Assembly (NCBI GenBank): GCA_951406725.2
Contig: OX597815.1
Coordinates: 88,970,001 to 89,034,000, forward strand
Length of the DNA stretch: 64,000 bases
Reading direction: 5' to 3'
DNA from: Octopus vulgaris
Lineage: Eukaryota
Shown: piece after piece, positions 1-14,971 of the stretch
How the letters are laid out: the number at the start of each line of letters is the position of its first letter
Numbering within the stretch: the first letter of the stretch is position 1
Program-made: the position numbers and the translations under genes
Notes under the pieces: model-generated
Told to the model about the DNA's origin: nothing
The model's input: the letters and a program-made list of their open reading frames with translations, nothing else
Database searches by the model: none

Positions 1-168
1 ACTACTGGACCAGCCACCGTTGTTTACCTCGATTTGTAACACACATTCTACTAAATCCCCACCGGAGGGGTTGTTTCGTCGCTATCAACTCAGATGAGTA
101 GCACATTCGTCACCCATGTACGAGGATGGAATTGTACCAAGCTTTCTTTTATAGATTTATGTGGCTTT

Positions 169-206
<38 letters not shown>

Positions 207-232
207 CATAATAATAATAATAATAATAATAA

Positions 233-1744
233 TAGACCAATAACATGCCTTCCGTCAATGTGGAAACTAATTCCATGTGCTTTGGTCGGTGAACTGTACA
301 GATACTTGGAAAAAAGTGGGCTGCTACCCATTGAACAAAAAAGGGTGCCATAAAAAGAACCGGGGAACGAAGTACCAGTTCTTAATTGATAATCTAATTA
401 TCAGGAACTGCAAGAGAAGGCATACAAACATGAGCATGGCATGTGTTGACTATCGCAAAGCATACGATATGATACCACACTCTTGGATAATAACAACAAT
501 GGAAATGTATGGAATAGCAAAGAATATGAGAAGCCTTGTATGGAATAGCATGACATACTGGAGAATGGAATTGACAGCAAGGACGCAAGTACTACCAGAG
601 TAAAAATCAATAGAGGAATCTTCAAGGGGACAATGTGTCCCTACTGATGTTCGTGCTGGGAATGATCCCCTTGAGTGAAATACTACAGAAAACAAAGTTG
701 GGGTATGATCTGGGAAGAGGTGAGGAAAACTAAACCACTTGCTATTCATGGAAGACCTGAAGCTATTCGCAAAAACTGAGGCAGAACTGGACAGCCTGGT
801 CCAGTCTGTGCGCAGTTTCTCCAATGATATCAAGATGGAGTTTGGACTCTCAAGATGTGCTACGATGGTGATGAGACGAGAAAAGCTGGCCAGGACAGAA
901 GGCATATGGCTGCCAAGTGGTGAACGATGAAGGTAATTCAACCTCAATCCAGCTTTAAATATCTGGGAATACTTGAGGCAAATGGAATCAAAATCCACGA
1001 CATGAAGGAAAAGACAAAAGAAAATACCTGCGGTGAGTGAGAAAAATATTGGCTTCAAAGATGACTGCCAAAAACATAATTTCGGCAATAAACTCGCGCG
1101 CAGTCGCAGTAGTTTGGTATGGCGCTGGAATCTTGAAGTGGATAGAGGAAGAGCTAAAACATGGACAGGAAGTCAAGAAAGCTCCTAAAGATGCATGGAG
1201 CCCATCATTCACGTGCAGACACTGCTCGCCAATACATGAATAGAGCACAAACTATAGAGAGTGACAGAGTCGGAGACTAGCAAAATCCTCTAGGATCCTC
1301 CAACCCAATCAGCTGTTAGAGCGTAACAGACCGGACTTAGTGGTGGTGGACAAGGTGCACCACATATGCTATATAGTTGACGTTGCATGCCCCTTTGACC
1401 CACGAATAGTCAAGAAAGGAGGCGAAAAAATGGATTGATAGATATAAACCTCTTAAGTACTTAATAGTCCGGCCCAGGAAAATGAAGAAGGTGAAGATAG
1501 TGCCAGTTATTGTTGGGTCCTTGGAAACAGTATAAGAAGGAGTCAAGAGAATTATAAAGGAAATTGGAATAGAGTGTTCAGTAGAACTGTTACAAAAGTT
1601 TTGCCTCCTTGGCGCGGCTAGAATAATCAGGAATGGTACTAGACAGCTGAAACGAAAGAATAGCATGGTACCGTAGGCTGCAGGTATTAAGCCCGCTACG
1701 CATGCAAGACTCCAAGAGCTCCAACAAAATCTGTGATAAAGAGA
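233..1744 (+). mobile_element. 5'-truncated, internally deleted R4/Dong-clade non-LTR retrotransposon (RT + restriction-like endonuclease) inserted in (AAT)n
   Basis: Frameshifted motifs RPITCLPSMWKL, EQK, RGTKYQFLID, DYRKAYDMIPHSWI, GIFKG, HLLFMEDLKLFAK and AINSRAVAV are followed by RLE motifs NRPDLVVVDK, CYIVDVACPFD and LQKFCLLGAARIIR. (AAT)n tracts lie on both sides (171-233, 1749-1800). Confidence 0.9.
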
Positions 1745-1748
1745 ATAT

Positions 1749-1783
<35 letters not shown>

Positions 1784-2194
1784 TAATAATAATAATATTA
1801 ATGAACTTTTATATAATGCCCAGGTACACTACAAATAAAGAAACAAGGTGTTGGGGCATCAGATGTAATGCTGGCAAGTTCAAGAAGCATGAAAGTTTTG
1901 AAGGGTGTAGTTGTTGGACACCTAATAACTGATGCAAGCAGTTTATGCCATTCTTCAGCAATTCTGAGCGTAAAAAAAATTTTCCGAAACACATGGGTGT
2001 CTTGCTAATTAAACAGAATTAACGTGAAATGAAGCGTCTTTCTTAACTACCCAACAAATCACTCGGTCGAGGAAATGAAACCCCGCCATTGTGATCGTGA
2101 GTGAACAGTATAACCATTCGTTCATGTTGCTTCACATACATTCTACGTGTCTACTTACACACTTATGGATATATGTATATGTATGTATACACAT

Positions 2195-2255
<61 letters not shown>

Positions 2256-2428
2256 AACATACATACATATCTATATACACACATATCTGTGAGTGTATGC
2301 GTGTGTGGTGTGTGTCCATGTGTCAATGTACTTCACTTCTATGATTTCCACTATTTGCACAATAAATTCTCAAGGTATTTCTACCCTGTGTATACACATA
2401 CGTATATACATAGATATCTATATATGCG

Positions 2429-2519
<91 letters not shown>

Positions 2520-3542
2520 TATATATATATTTAAATGCCTACCCACATAATATAGATATCTGTATGCATGTGTATATATATATGTGAATATATGTGTATA
2601 TATATATATGTATATATAATTATAAGTATATATATATATATGCACATATGTAAGTATGTATTTATGGTTTCTTTCGAATAACTTTTCCTGTTATCCAATT
2701 TTATATTAGATATAGCCAAGGCGCTTAATAAATATTTCTTCTTCCTTCTCATTGCAGTATCATTCCTGAACATAAACATGCCAGAAATAATTAAAATTAT
2801 GTAATTACTCAGCTCCTACCCGTAACAAATCATGACTTTTTGCTGATAAACAATTTGATTTGCTGCTATTTCGATAGAGGATATTTGCACCTAGGTATCC
2901 AGCAGTAAAACTAATTATTCTGAGCATTTAAATCAACACAATTTAACGTAAGGAAATATTTCCATGTGAAATAATTAAAAAACAAGTAAAAATGATTGGG
3001 AAAGAAAAAAATAACACAAACTAATACAAATCAATTACAACTGTTGTAATATACCACTTCAATAAGTTTCGATTTTTATAAGGATTCTATCAACAAGTAA
3101 GGGCGTGAAATGTTAGTGAATATAAGAAAAAATGCTAAAGCAAAACAACAAAATGACAACAAACATAAGCAAAACAAATAAAATAAAGAAATGAAACAAT
3201 GTAAGTACAGCAACATTTATTAACGTTATAATCATTTAAGGAGATATTTTTTGTCCTCGCAGTGATTAAGCTGTGAAAAAGAAACAAAAATTACTCAAAA
3301 CAAAGCAAAAACGAAATCATATATTTCTGAAGAGAAGATAGATAAGACAAAAATTTAATGGAAACTACGAAGAAAAAGAGAAACTAGCGGAAATCATAAA
3401 AGTGAAGTAACCATAACACGCGCCCACAGAATCACCCCACCACACACATACACACACACACACATACTCTCTCTCTTTCTCTGGCACCCACCCACACATG
3501 TGCATATATATTGTGTCTATGTTTTTAATATATGTATTTATA

Positions 3543-3573
<31 letters not shown>

Positions 3574-3765
3574 GTATATATATACACACATACACACACA
3601 CATACATATATATATACACACAAATATATATACATATATAAGTATATATGTATATATATATTCAGATGTATGTATGCGTGTGTGTGTATACATAAATATA
3701 AGCATACATATACGTAAAGTATGCGTGTATAATATACGTATATAATAACGTATGCGTGTATAATA

Positions 3766-4000
3766 CACGATGGCCCAAAAGTTGGTTTACAGTTATTCAA
3801 ACTATGTCTTTGGCATTCATATATTAACAGTTTAGATCTTAATTATAAAGAAATATAAAACCATTATTCTATGCTAATTTAGTTAATTTTGTCAATTTTC
3901 TTTTCAGTTTGTAAGCTACAAATTTAAATATAATAAAATGTTTTAAAAGAAAATTAAAGTGCTTACATGATAACAGTAAACCAGGTTTTGGGCCTCCCTG
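3766..4000. mobile_element. Tc1/mariner-type MITE, about 235 bp
   Basis: Imperfect ~31-bp TIRs: CACGATGGCCCAAAAGTTGGTTTACAGTTAT versus reverse-complemented right end CAGGGAGGCCCAAAACCTGGTTTACTGTTAT. TA flanks both ends and the interior is AT-rich non-coding. Confidence 0.8.
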
Positions 4001-5393
4001 TATGTATAATATAATAATGTATCCGTGTTTGATATGTGTAAATGTGTGCATGAGTATTTGTGATCTGTGTGTGTGTGTATGTGTGTGTGTGTATGTGTGT
4101 GTGTGTGTATGTGTGTGTGTGTGTATGTGTGTGTGTGTATGTGTTTGCCGATATATGCGAATCATTTATGCTTATACCAGCGTATAAAATAAATCATTCT
4201 TTCGGGCTAGGTATATTCCCAACAAATTTGCATCTCATACTCAAACTCTCTGATGATAGAAATTCAAACAAATACAAGAAATATGTAGCTTTCGATTTCT
4301 TTTTTTTCGATTATTTCAATACTCTGCGCAATCAGTCAATGATATAGAGCGTAATTCAATTGATCAAATCCAAATGAAAATCAGCGAAATGGAGAAATTG
4401 TATTTGCATAAGAAATATTCATCTCTGCAATGCATAGCCATCGTTTCAGTAGAAAAGTTATATTTCCAATTATTGTTCATACAGTTGCACATGTGTATAA
4501 GTGCACAGGTTTTCTATTTGAGGAGCATGCTTTTGCCTATTTTGTTTTTGCATGTCTGTGAGCGTATGCATGAATATGTTACATATACATATGACAAGAA
4601 TGCATCTACTTAAGACTTGATGGTCACCCGTGAAGACAAGTAAGACCTTCTATGTAGTCCATTCCCTAAAATCTACTTCCTTCTCCAGTTCTTCGCTATT
4701 GTTTGCTGTCATTCACTATTTTCTCATCTGCTGTTGCATGCCAGCCAACCCAGAAGATACAGATACGCATATAAATAGGCGCGCACATGCGTGCATGAGT
4801 GGGCCTATTTATTTATTAGAAATGTATTTATTTCTAAGAAATGTAACTGAACATAAAGCATGGGGTATCGTGCACTTTTGTGTGGAGTGGGCGAGTAGCG
4901 CTAATTGCGACGCTGATTAACTCTACATTTTTGTAGAAATTATAACAAATATTTGGAGAAAAAGGTTCGTAATTTGAGCGTAGAAGAGCTACTCTCCAAA
5001 CAGTAGCTTATCCATTCTTTATACGTTTTGGCAGATTCGAACATAAATATCCTGACCGCTGTTGCTTTGCGTTATTAGAGAACCATTCCCTTCATATGTT
5101 CATAACAGAATTAACCAGCATAAAGGGACTTCAAGACACCATGGTATTTCGAACTCTTTGGGTGTCTCCTCAGCCAAATCCACTCCGTAACCCAATGTAT
5201 CTAATACGACCATGAGCTCTTGTTTATTGGAATTAGCAAACAAAACATAAGTAGGTTCTTTTCTGAAATCTGTATTTTGTGTTCCCCGTAAATACGTAAA
5301 TACACGCTTTATGCCCTCCTGTGTCTATTGGCCTTCCTAGTTCTGTTCTCTCTCCCCCAATATCTCACTGCATAAATACATGCATGCATGCAT

Positions 5394-5496
<103 letters not shown>

Positions 5497-8400
5497 TATG
5501 TATGTATATATGTATGTATGTATGTATATTTAAGTTTTGTCGATATATCAATGTATGATAGATCTATTTATTAAGGGTATGTGCATATTTCCAGTAGAGC
5601 AAAACAAATTTTCATAAAATTTGGCATGTTTTCATTTTTACAAAAATCTATAATCTACCATTTCTGTTGTCACAGATTTTAAAAAACATATTCATAATCA
5701 GGAAAGATTTCATAGAGTAACCTAAATTTTATGATGATTTTTTTCCTCTGTTTTTATCGCGTAATTTACTTTAAACCATTCCTCAGTTGGTATTGTGATT
5801 ATCTGCATTGAAATGTTTGCCATATAAAGTATTGTGCTGCTCGACCAATTTTATTTGTTTCAAATTGAATCTCCCAACATGGTGTATGAAAATTCTGACT
5901 AACAAAGCATATTATGGAAACTACGTCTACAACCTCAGCTACGTTTTTGTTTGTTCACTTTCATTAGCTGTTCATTTCCTTAACAGTAAAATTATGTGAA
6001 AATAGGGTTTGGAAATAATCTGCGATACCCTCATATTATTGTATATTGCCATATGGATAATAACAATTATCTGATAGAGAAAAACGCTATCGATTCGACT
6101 ATCTGCAACCCTCTTTTTTTTATATTATCGCCATAGAAACCTAATCTCACTGAACTCTAAATTGCTAAGTCGCATAGTTTTGTCAAACCTTTTTTTTAAA
6201 GGAATCTTATTCATGAAAATGAAAGTCATGCTATAACTAGGTAATTTTCTAATAAATAAAAACAGTTAAGAAAGAAGTGCAACCGGATTTCCACTAAACA
6301 AAAAAAAAAAAAAGAAACGAATATCATCAGATAGAAACCATTCAACAAACTTGCTATGGAAAACAATTTCATTTTTATCTACAACAACATTTACGTAAGC
6401 GGTAGGAAAATGGAGGAAAAGTTGTTAATGGTTACTATTATGCATTATATACTGTAATAAATGGAAACAGCTATTTTCATTCTAACAATGACTATCCATT
6501 AAAGCTTTACAAATCTTTATCCGATTTTCAAGTATTTCGTACAGATTCTTAATGCGACAATGATTTTTCAGATATACAATAATAATATTTTTCATGCTTG
6601 AGCATTTATCCAAACTAAATAATCTTTTTTAGACATAGATAATTGGTTTAGGGATATCTAATTTTTTTTTTATTTAGATCAAAGCAAGACTAAGTGCAAC
6701 AAGAATTTCTACTAAATTCTCTCGCCTACTGACTAATTCACCAAAACTCTTCTTATATACAGACTTCATTTAATGACTTTGTATACTGAATTTTAATGTT
6801 TCGGTAATAATGTTATGACAAACTAAATATACACAGTAACAATCTAACAAAGATATACAACTCGATCTAAAGCATTAGTCAATGACTTCATGTTTAAAAT
6901 TTTAGACAAGAGGATCGTAAGTTTCAATGCATTATTAGACAAATTTAGCAATATAAAATTTTGTCCTATAGCTCATTTTACTTAACCAGAAAAAAATAAA
7001 TATTATTTCTTTCGGAATTCACCGTCAAATATTTAGAAATCAGAAACTGAGTACCAAGCTCTTGAGAGTATATATATTCGATTCAGATGTAATCAAAATG
7101 TTTTTCGCTTACACATATATATGCGTGCAGTCATAATTTAATTTACTTATTTGTATTATTACAATTTTCACTCTAAATTTTCCTGCACATGCATACTTGT
7201 GCAAATTTTTATATTAATTCTACATACTTTGGAACAGAAATGCACAAATCGGTCAATTCCCGGACAACTAACTTGGGAGTAAGCAGTTTCAATCTTCTTG
7301 GCACACAGAAATCTTCTTGGTAGCTGAACTCAAACGCTCTGAGAAGATTGACTTGATTCACAAAGTACTTTCCTAGGATGGCACACACCGACACACACAT
7401 ACACACACACATACATAAATACACGCACACGCACACACACACAACACACACACACACAACACACAACACATACACTCACTCAAACACACGCGGCCTCAAA
7501 CCCTTAGTGGGCTCCCACGGCTTCTCAGTCCCTTCTTTGCGCAGCTCGTTTTGGATAATTCAAGGTAGTAAGTGGGTAGATAACATGCAGCTGAGACAAG
7601 ATCAATGTAGTTGTGGTTGACGAGTGGCTAAATTTGAAAACCTTCTACAAGTGAAGATTAGTATTAGAGTTTTCCCCTTCCACTCAAGTAAGGTATGCTG
7701 GAGGAACATCTGTTAATTCGGAGACGGCTGCTTTAGATGCAAAAGGCCTTCCATCAATGCGTAAACCCGGGTAACTTCCACCAATGCATATATCTGTGCC
7801 ATCTTTATATAGTTCTTGCAGTTTCTACTTGAGGGAAAGTATCTCTAATTTTATTAAATTTATTTTGTATTTATGGGCTAGTTTTCATAAAAGAGATTAC
7901 AACTAATTAAATATATTATAATCATTCAGAAAATGCTCCTCTACCGCTGGAAGAAATTTACAACGCCGAAAGCTTTCGTTCTGTGACAATATTCAAATCA
8001 TTTGACGTGCTCATTCATGAGAGTATTCACTGCTCCATTCATTTCTCATGGCGCGGAAGTTGTAAAGTATCATTACACATTTTTGTATACATTTTATCTC
8101 ACTGAAAAGAGCCCAAGATAAAATTCAAATAGAAGTCAAATTTAAATTCACATCTTGATGGGTGTTATATAAATCAATAAATTATCCATGAGAGAGAGAG
8201 CAAGGGTAAACACATATAAAATTTATGCCAAGAGAAATTAAATTTTGATTCTTTAGAGTGAGATGACGACATAAAGAAGCTAATTACAAGTTGTTTATAT
8301 CATTTTCTTTCCTGCAGCAGATGTTTTATCCTTTTATAACTGATAATATAGAATATATTTTAACCTTATAATGCTATAAAAGTTTAAGCTCATTGCAATC

Positions 8401-9989
8401 TATCTCTCTCTCTCCTTCTTTCTCTCTCCCTCCTTCTTTCTCTCTCTCTCCTTCTTTCTCTCTCTCTCCTTCTTTCTCTCTCTCTCTCCTTCTTTCTCTC
8501 TCTCTCCTTCTTTCTCTCTCTCTCTCTATGTATGCATATATATATATATATGTATATATGGATATAGATACGACGATATATAGATATATAGATATGTATA
8601 TACGTATACATATGTATATATATACGTATATGTATGTATGTATGTATGTATATATATATATGTGTGTGTGTGTGTGTATGTGTGAAGAAGCAAAATGTAA
8701 AAATATATAACAGATTTACCGAATAAAGAAGTATTTTTTTATCCTTGCTAGCAGCTAAATTATTCAACATGCACAGACAAAATATGAAAATGGTGAGAAG
8801 AGGTAGAAGGGAGATAAAAGTAAGCGAGTATTTGTTCTTACGAATTGCAAAAGATATATTCACAATTCTATTGTCAGTTTGTATATCATATCGCTACCAC
8901 TAAAACTTGAAGGATAAAGTGATTTTACAGACAGTTCTCTTTGTAGTATGTCTTTATTGATGCAGCAAACAAAGATTTTGTACCAAGAAATATTTGAAAA
9001 TGAATAATATGAATGGTTTAGCTAATCTTTCAGTGAGATTAAATTAGAGATAGCATCTTTCATGCAGGAAGTATTTTCAAAGATGATTAGAAATATGCAG
9101 AAAGGGGAGAGAAATATTTTACGGATGACATTTTCGGATATGTTTTAATGGTATTCTCACCTCATCAGTGAAGTATTTCCAACTCGAAAACAGTAAGTCA
9201 ACTTAGTTATTTTAATCATAACTTGAATATTTTTTCAATGAAAATGGCGCCGGATTGCTAAAATGCGTCATGTTAAAAGCCTCTGAAAAAGTTTGAAAAA
9301 TCCCAATTAGATCAAATTGAACTGAAGACTAAACGTTTCTGGTTTGGATATAATACTGCAAATATTTTATAAATGAAAGAATATTTTAATTAAATCAACC
9401 GTAACGCAGTTGTGAGGAATTTTCCGACCTCAAAACATCAATGTCAGTTCACTATCTAGTTGAGAAAATAGAACTTGATATCCACGTTGACTGTACTTTT
9501 CTCTGACAAACTGCTGCAGTAATGTGGCAACTTATACATGGCAAGCGTTTGTATGTAATTTTGTAGATTGCTAAAATACAAGAATTTCCGGAATCAGAAA
9601 TTTATTTACATTTTTCAATAACAAATCACGAAAATAAGACCATCAAAGGGCAGAGAAATTTACCTTGTTTTAATCTGGCCAGTCTCAAAGTAAGAGAAAC
9701 AAATGTTTATTATTCTCTTTTTTTCTGCCTTCTTTGATATAAACTGCTAGTTGCTTTTATTATTACGTTAGATTTGGAATTTTTTTGTCTGAGTTGTGTC
9801 TTTATCTTTACATTATATGGATATAGTTTTCTATCCCTCTCACTTTTTCCTATTTCCTCATCTTTGCCGCTCCAAGGCGACAGTAAGAGCGAGTGCCATA
9901 GGGAACTTGTTTGGGGCTGCTGTTGTTTAGGGTAGCTCTTTCGGGCATACCATCAGTTACAACATTAACACTTACTAGCACAAGATAAG

Positions 9990-10930
9990 TACAAGCAGTC
10001 AAAACCTTTCGATATTTATTTTCTACAGAAAGAGCTAGATGTCAATTATAAAGGGGCCGGAGATAATAACATGCAATTTAATGCAGGAAAATTCCAAACA
10101 CTTCGCTATCAACCAGCTTTTGCTAATATGCCGAAAAAATGATATATTAGACCAAAAGGAACAGTAACCCCTGAGTGGAGTAAAGCGCATGATTTAGGGA
10201 TTCATATAATAACAACGCCTCATTTAATGTGCATATCATCAAGATGGTGACAATGTGCAAGCGAATGGATTGATTTTGAGAACATTTAGAATAAGGGACC
10301 AGGAAATTATGCTGATTCTATGGAGGATATTTGGTCCCCAGCCATCTGGATTACTAATCACTACTGTGGTTACCACACAATGTCAAACTAATAGCGGAAC
10401 TTGAAGCTGTTCAGCGGTGCTATACCAGGAAGACTGCATCAATGGAATGGTTGAGCTACTGAGAGAGACTGAAATAATTAAGGCTCTATTCCCTGGAGCG
10501 TAGGCAAAAGGTATATGCAGTGATATATGTATGGAAGATACTGGAGAAGTTGGCACCGAACATTGGCATCGAGAGCTACATCAGTCCCACGACTGGACGT
10601 CACTGTACTGTTCCAAATATGGCAGCCTTCCCTTCTAGAGTGAGGAACATATTGCATTAGCTTGGAATTCAAGGGTCTACGGTTATTTGACATCCTGCCA
10701 AAACATCTAGGATATCTACATTGAGTAGAGCAAGATATTTTCAAGATAAAACTTGATCTCCTGTCCAAGATCTCAGATGAACCTATATTACAGCAAAATA
10801 CTCAAAAGAGGGGAACAATATCGAACTCCCTCTTTCACCAAAAGCCAATCACAAAAGAGTGGCCATTGAAAAGGTGATTGCAATGGTAATGTCCCAGCAT
10901 GACCACATCCTCTAGGCTGAAACACATAAC
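9990..10930 (+). mobile_element. Decayed CR1-like LINE, 3' fragment
   Basis: Broken reading frames give NNMQFNAGKFQTLRY, DLGI, ILRTFRIRDQEIMLILWR, IAELEAVQRCYTRK, LRLYSLERRQK, VIYVWKILE and FKIKLD..DEP, typical of the CR1 ORF2 C-terminus. Confidence 0.8.
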
Positions 10931-11209
10931 AGAATAATTCTTAATTTTCTACTGGTACCAGTGTACAATTTTGCATTTTTAATCAGTGATTCGTCATCAC
11001 TTAAAAAAGTATTATAAGGTGTTTGATTGAATAAGGTCAGAGTAAGATTGAAATAGTCGTCAGTTACCGGAATAATTGGAAATATTTTTCGTCATTGAAC
11101 AATACTCATTTTTTTTCCACATCGTACTTATTTCTAGTTATCTTTTAGTGCTTCATGTATTAAATATATCCTTCCTTCCTTCCTGCCTTCCTTCCTTCTT
11201 TCTTTCTTC

Positions 11210-11260
<51 letters not shown>

Positions 11261-11377
11261 TTTTTTTCTTTCTTTCTTTCCATATCCTCAGAGTCGTGTT
11301 GAAAAGATTGCTTTGTCTTTGATGTGAGCACTTTTTCTCGGTTGATTCCGATTCCGAAGCAGAGTGAGTGAGCGATT

Positions 11378-11408
<31 letters not shown>

Positions 11409-13317
11409 GGGGGGGAGAGAGGGAGAGAGAGATTGGGAGTGAGAAATAGAGAGCAAAGAGTGAGATGAGAATAACAAATAAAAACTTAGCTCATTTACAT
11501 TATTAAAGACATAACTAATTTATTCTACAAACAAATCCAACGAAAACCAGCTTATAATCGTGATTTGTTTTCTATTTACTTGGTTGGTGTGGTTGAAAGT
11601 GCAATGTCCATGCTTTCAAGGACCTTCTTAGACAGGTAAGACTGACGATATTAATATTTATTCTTGAATCTTTGTAAGTCAAAACTCATGGGAAAGATAT
11701 GAGCACAGAGAGAGAATTCCTTCGATTCAGATTTGTGGGAAATAAGATTTCACCATAATAGATATTGGGAGACTTGAATAGCTGCACACAACAGGGACGA
11801 TGAAATGAGAGAATAGAGTGGATCGGAAATGTTTGGCTGATAGCTGAGTAAGTCCAGTCAGCTCCGGGAAGCAGAAGGCTAGTAGTATGAGTTTCATTTG
11901 TAATTCTGTCATCATCGCTTCCGCAAATACACTGATGAGAACCAATTAGGTAAGAACACTAGCATTAATATTAGTTGAATCAACGGACGTTGGGCGTGCG
12001 GAATTTTTAATTGGAAATTTAAAGAAGGTTTTATTAAAGAAAAAGAAACTACGGATTAAAACTCGTTATGCTTATAAACTATTCTATATTCAGAATTGAA
12101 AACTTCCAAAATCTCTACCGAGCACATAACACAGCTATTGCCACCAACTTTGCATGGGGGAGCATTTCCTATAATTGACTTATGAAATTTTGTAGACTGT
12201 ATTTTATTGCTTGGGGATCCACATGAACTTCTCTTACAAATTGTTCTGTTCTTTTATTTTGTATTTAAAAGAATGAACATGTTTATGCGTCTGATCTTAA
12301 ATCCTGAAGCTGTCGCTCCTATTTAATAATGGACTTCAGTAAGCGTTTTAACCCAGCGGTTATCTATTAAATCATTTCACGGCCATTGTTATTTAAAGAT
12401 CATTTAATACGGTTTCTACATAATGTTAGCTTGTTGCCATAAGCGACAGTTTTTATTTTATCAGTATATTATCATACTATCATCACCACTTGTTTGCAAT
12501 CGGATGAATATATATTATTTGTAACAGACCTAGGTTAGTAAAGATAACTATTCCTAATAGCATTCAATTTCTTTCAGTTAAATCTGTTATATTATTTGCT
12601 AGATTGGGCCTTGTGGAATACGTGGAATTCACGGTACATCTGCTGAATATCTTACTGTATCTTATAGAGTGAGTAACGTTTTAACCTAATGCCTTAAAGA
12701 AGAATTCTATAGAGAGCATTATACCAAGTGATATTTCGTTTAAGTGATCTAGTTCTATTGGCTTCATTTTAAAATTTATATTAGCAGAGTAGTGTTGATG
12801 TTTATATGTATGTATATGTCCACGAACATGCACAGACAGGCTTGAGATAATTGATTCAGATACCTATGTAATCAAGAGCAGAGGTAGATATTATCTTGGC
12901 ACACCAACTTTGAGCCAGTGAAAAATACAAGATATGACAGCGGGAGGGTGGCAGAGTTGCACTAGGACTGCACTAGTATGCATTATATCAATGTTCAATG
13001 AAGTGTATTAGTCGACATAAAGTAATACTTTGTCAAGGAAATAAGACCAAGTGTCGAACATCCTAACCATTTGACCACGCAGATTGTAAGTAAAAACATA
13101 TACATAAATATATTACAAACATACACCTATATGTACTTACATACATAAATACATACATACATACATACATATATACATACATACGAACGTATGTATGTAT
13201 GTGTAGATGCATATGTGTAAAATGAAGACACATACATGCATACATACATGCATACATACATGCATACATACATAATACGTACGCACACACACACATACAC
13301 ACACACACACACACACG

Positions 13318-13357
<40 letters not shown>

Positions 13358-13360
<3 letters not shown>

Positions 13361-13597
13361 CAAATTTGCAGAAAAAACAGAAGACGAAAACAGGTTTATA
13401 AACAACAGAGTTGTATTAGTTTAACGCTCAGGAATGTGAGAAAGTCTTTTACGTTTCGAGCCTACGCTCTTCAACAGAAAGGAACATGAGGAAATAAGCA
13501 GAGAGAGAATAAAAAAAGCTTTTTGAGCGTTAAACTAATACACCTGTTTGTTGTTTGTACACCTGTCTTCGTCTTTTGTTTTTCTGTAAATTTCAAC
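13358..13597 (-). mobile_element. Fold-back Penelope-like terminal fragment containing a hammerhead-like motif
   Basis: Inverted arms 13358-13430 and 13524-13597 start right after (TA)n. The spacer reads on minus CTTT-CTGTTGA-A-GAGC-GTAG-GCTC-GAAACGTA-AAAG (13446-13481). Confidence 0.65.
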
Positions 13598-13785
13598 CAT
13601 GTATTGCACGCCCACGTGGTCGCACCAGTTTTATCATTCTTTAACCCCCTACTCTTGGGAGTTCTACCTGGAATTTCTGCACCTCTCCTCATCTACATGC
13701 CAGCCTTCCACCTGGATTACTACTGGATATACATACATACATACATACACCCCCACATACATACATACATACATACATACATACA

Positions 13786-13849
<64 letters not shown>

Positions 13850-14971
13850 TGTTTGTATATGACAGATTGAAAGGGAAGCCACAGTATAACTTGATTCTAA
13901 ATTTAAAAGGACTGGTTTGTTCTCAGAATTATCATTTGTTGATACAATACTGATTTTACAATGCATTCTAAAATATAAATATGACAATGTACGGTAGGTC
14001 ATATAGTATGTTACTAGGATATCCTTGGCTTTGAGTCAGGTGTAAGAGAAAGACAAATACAAAAAAGAAAAAATAGAGAAGGAAAATTGTAGTGGAATCT
14101 GAACTCATATTTCAGATGTACTCTATATCATGCGATCTAACTTCTAACAAATATGGAGACCTTTATAGCATATTATATTAGCTCGTCTGAAAAATTCCTT
14201 CCAAACAGATATCGGTTCATAAACGCCTTTGAATGCACATCACGACTTTTGTTTCATATGTGCAAATATAGAACTCCTTACTGTAGGATAAATAAGTATA
14301 CATTCACGTGTAAATATTTCACTTAACAGTATCCTGCAGAGAAAGAAATTTACTGTATCTCAAACGAGATAAATTGATCTCAATAACTCCTTAGAGAGCA
14401 AACTAATAATTGATGTCATAGTTCAGATACAGAGGTGAAAGCTAATGGAATTACACAATTTTCCAGTATAACACAGACCGAAGGCCAGATGAGAGAGAAA
14501 TCTACAAATAGTATTATTCCCAATCATAGAGAAACACATTTTCAGAACAGCTGAGTGTGTAAGTATAATGAAATTTTGAGATTATTGACGGAGGAAGAAC
14601 GTAGACAATGTCCCACGAGAATATAATCAATATCTCCTACCCGCCTTACTCGGTTAGAACCAGCCTGAACAATATGTCCTTCAATGAAGAAGAGTTTTGT
14701 GTCTTTCCTTACATACCAATCACCAGAACATACCAAAAGTAGAGTATAAAATTGATCAGGTGTAGGAGAGGATGATAAAATATTCTGCTTCATCAACTTA
14801 TTATTATTCCTTGTGTTATAAATTCATTTTTCTTCATAGGTAAACATACACACACAAATACACATACTTTCGCTCAGACATACACACAAATATATATTAA
14901 TAATTATACTGCAGTTGGTTCAATCGATTGAATCAGTTTTGGTTGAATAGTTCGCATTTTGAATAGTAATT

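Noticed and set aside
7680-7830. Short open frames (minus LQELYKDGTDICIGGSYPG..., plus YAGGTSVNSETAALDAKG...) as a possible exon
   Set aside because: No recognisable protein family and weak splice signals. RNA-seq would be needed.
11604-11641. ATG...CAG|GTAAGA possible first coding exon (MSMLSRTFLD) downstream of a GA-rich tract
   Set aside because: Good donor consensus, but too short to identify and no linked downstream exon could be found.
11931-11960. CTGATGAG motif as a possible hammerhead
   Set aside because: No correctly placed GAAA, stem III or stem I. The same applies to CTGATGA at ~16076, ~26853 and the minus-strand one at ~61082.
14542-14796. 84-aa minus ORF of normal complexity
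   Set aside because: No recognisable motif or convincing splice boundaries in any frame examined.
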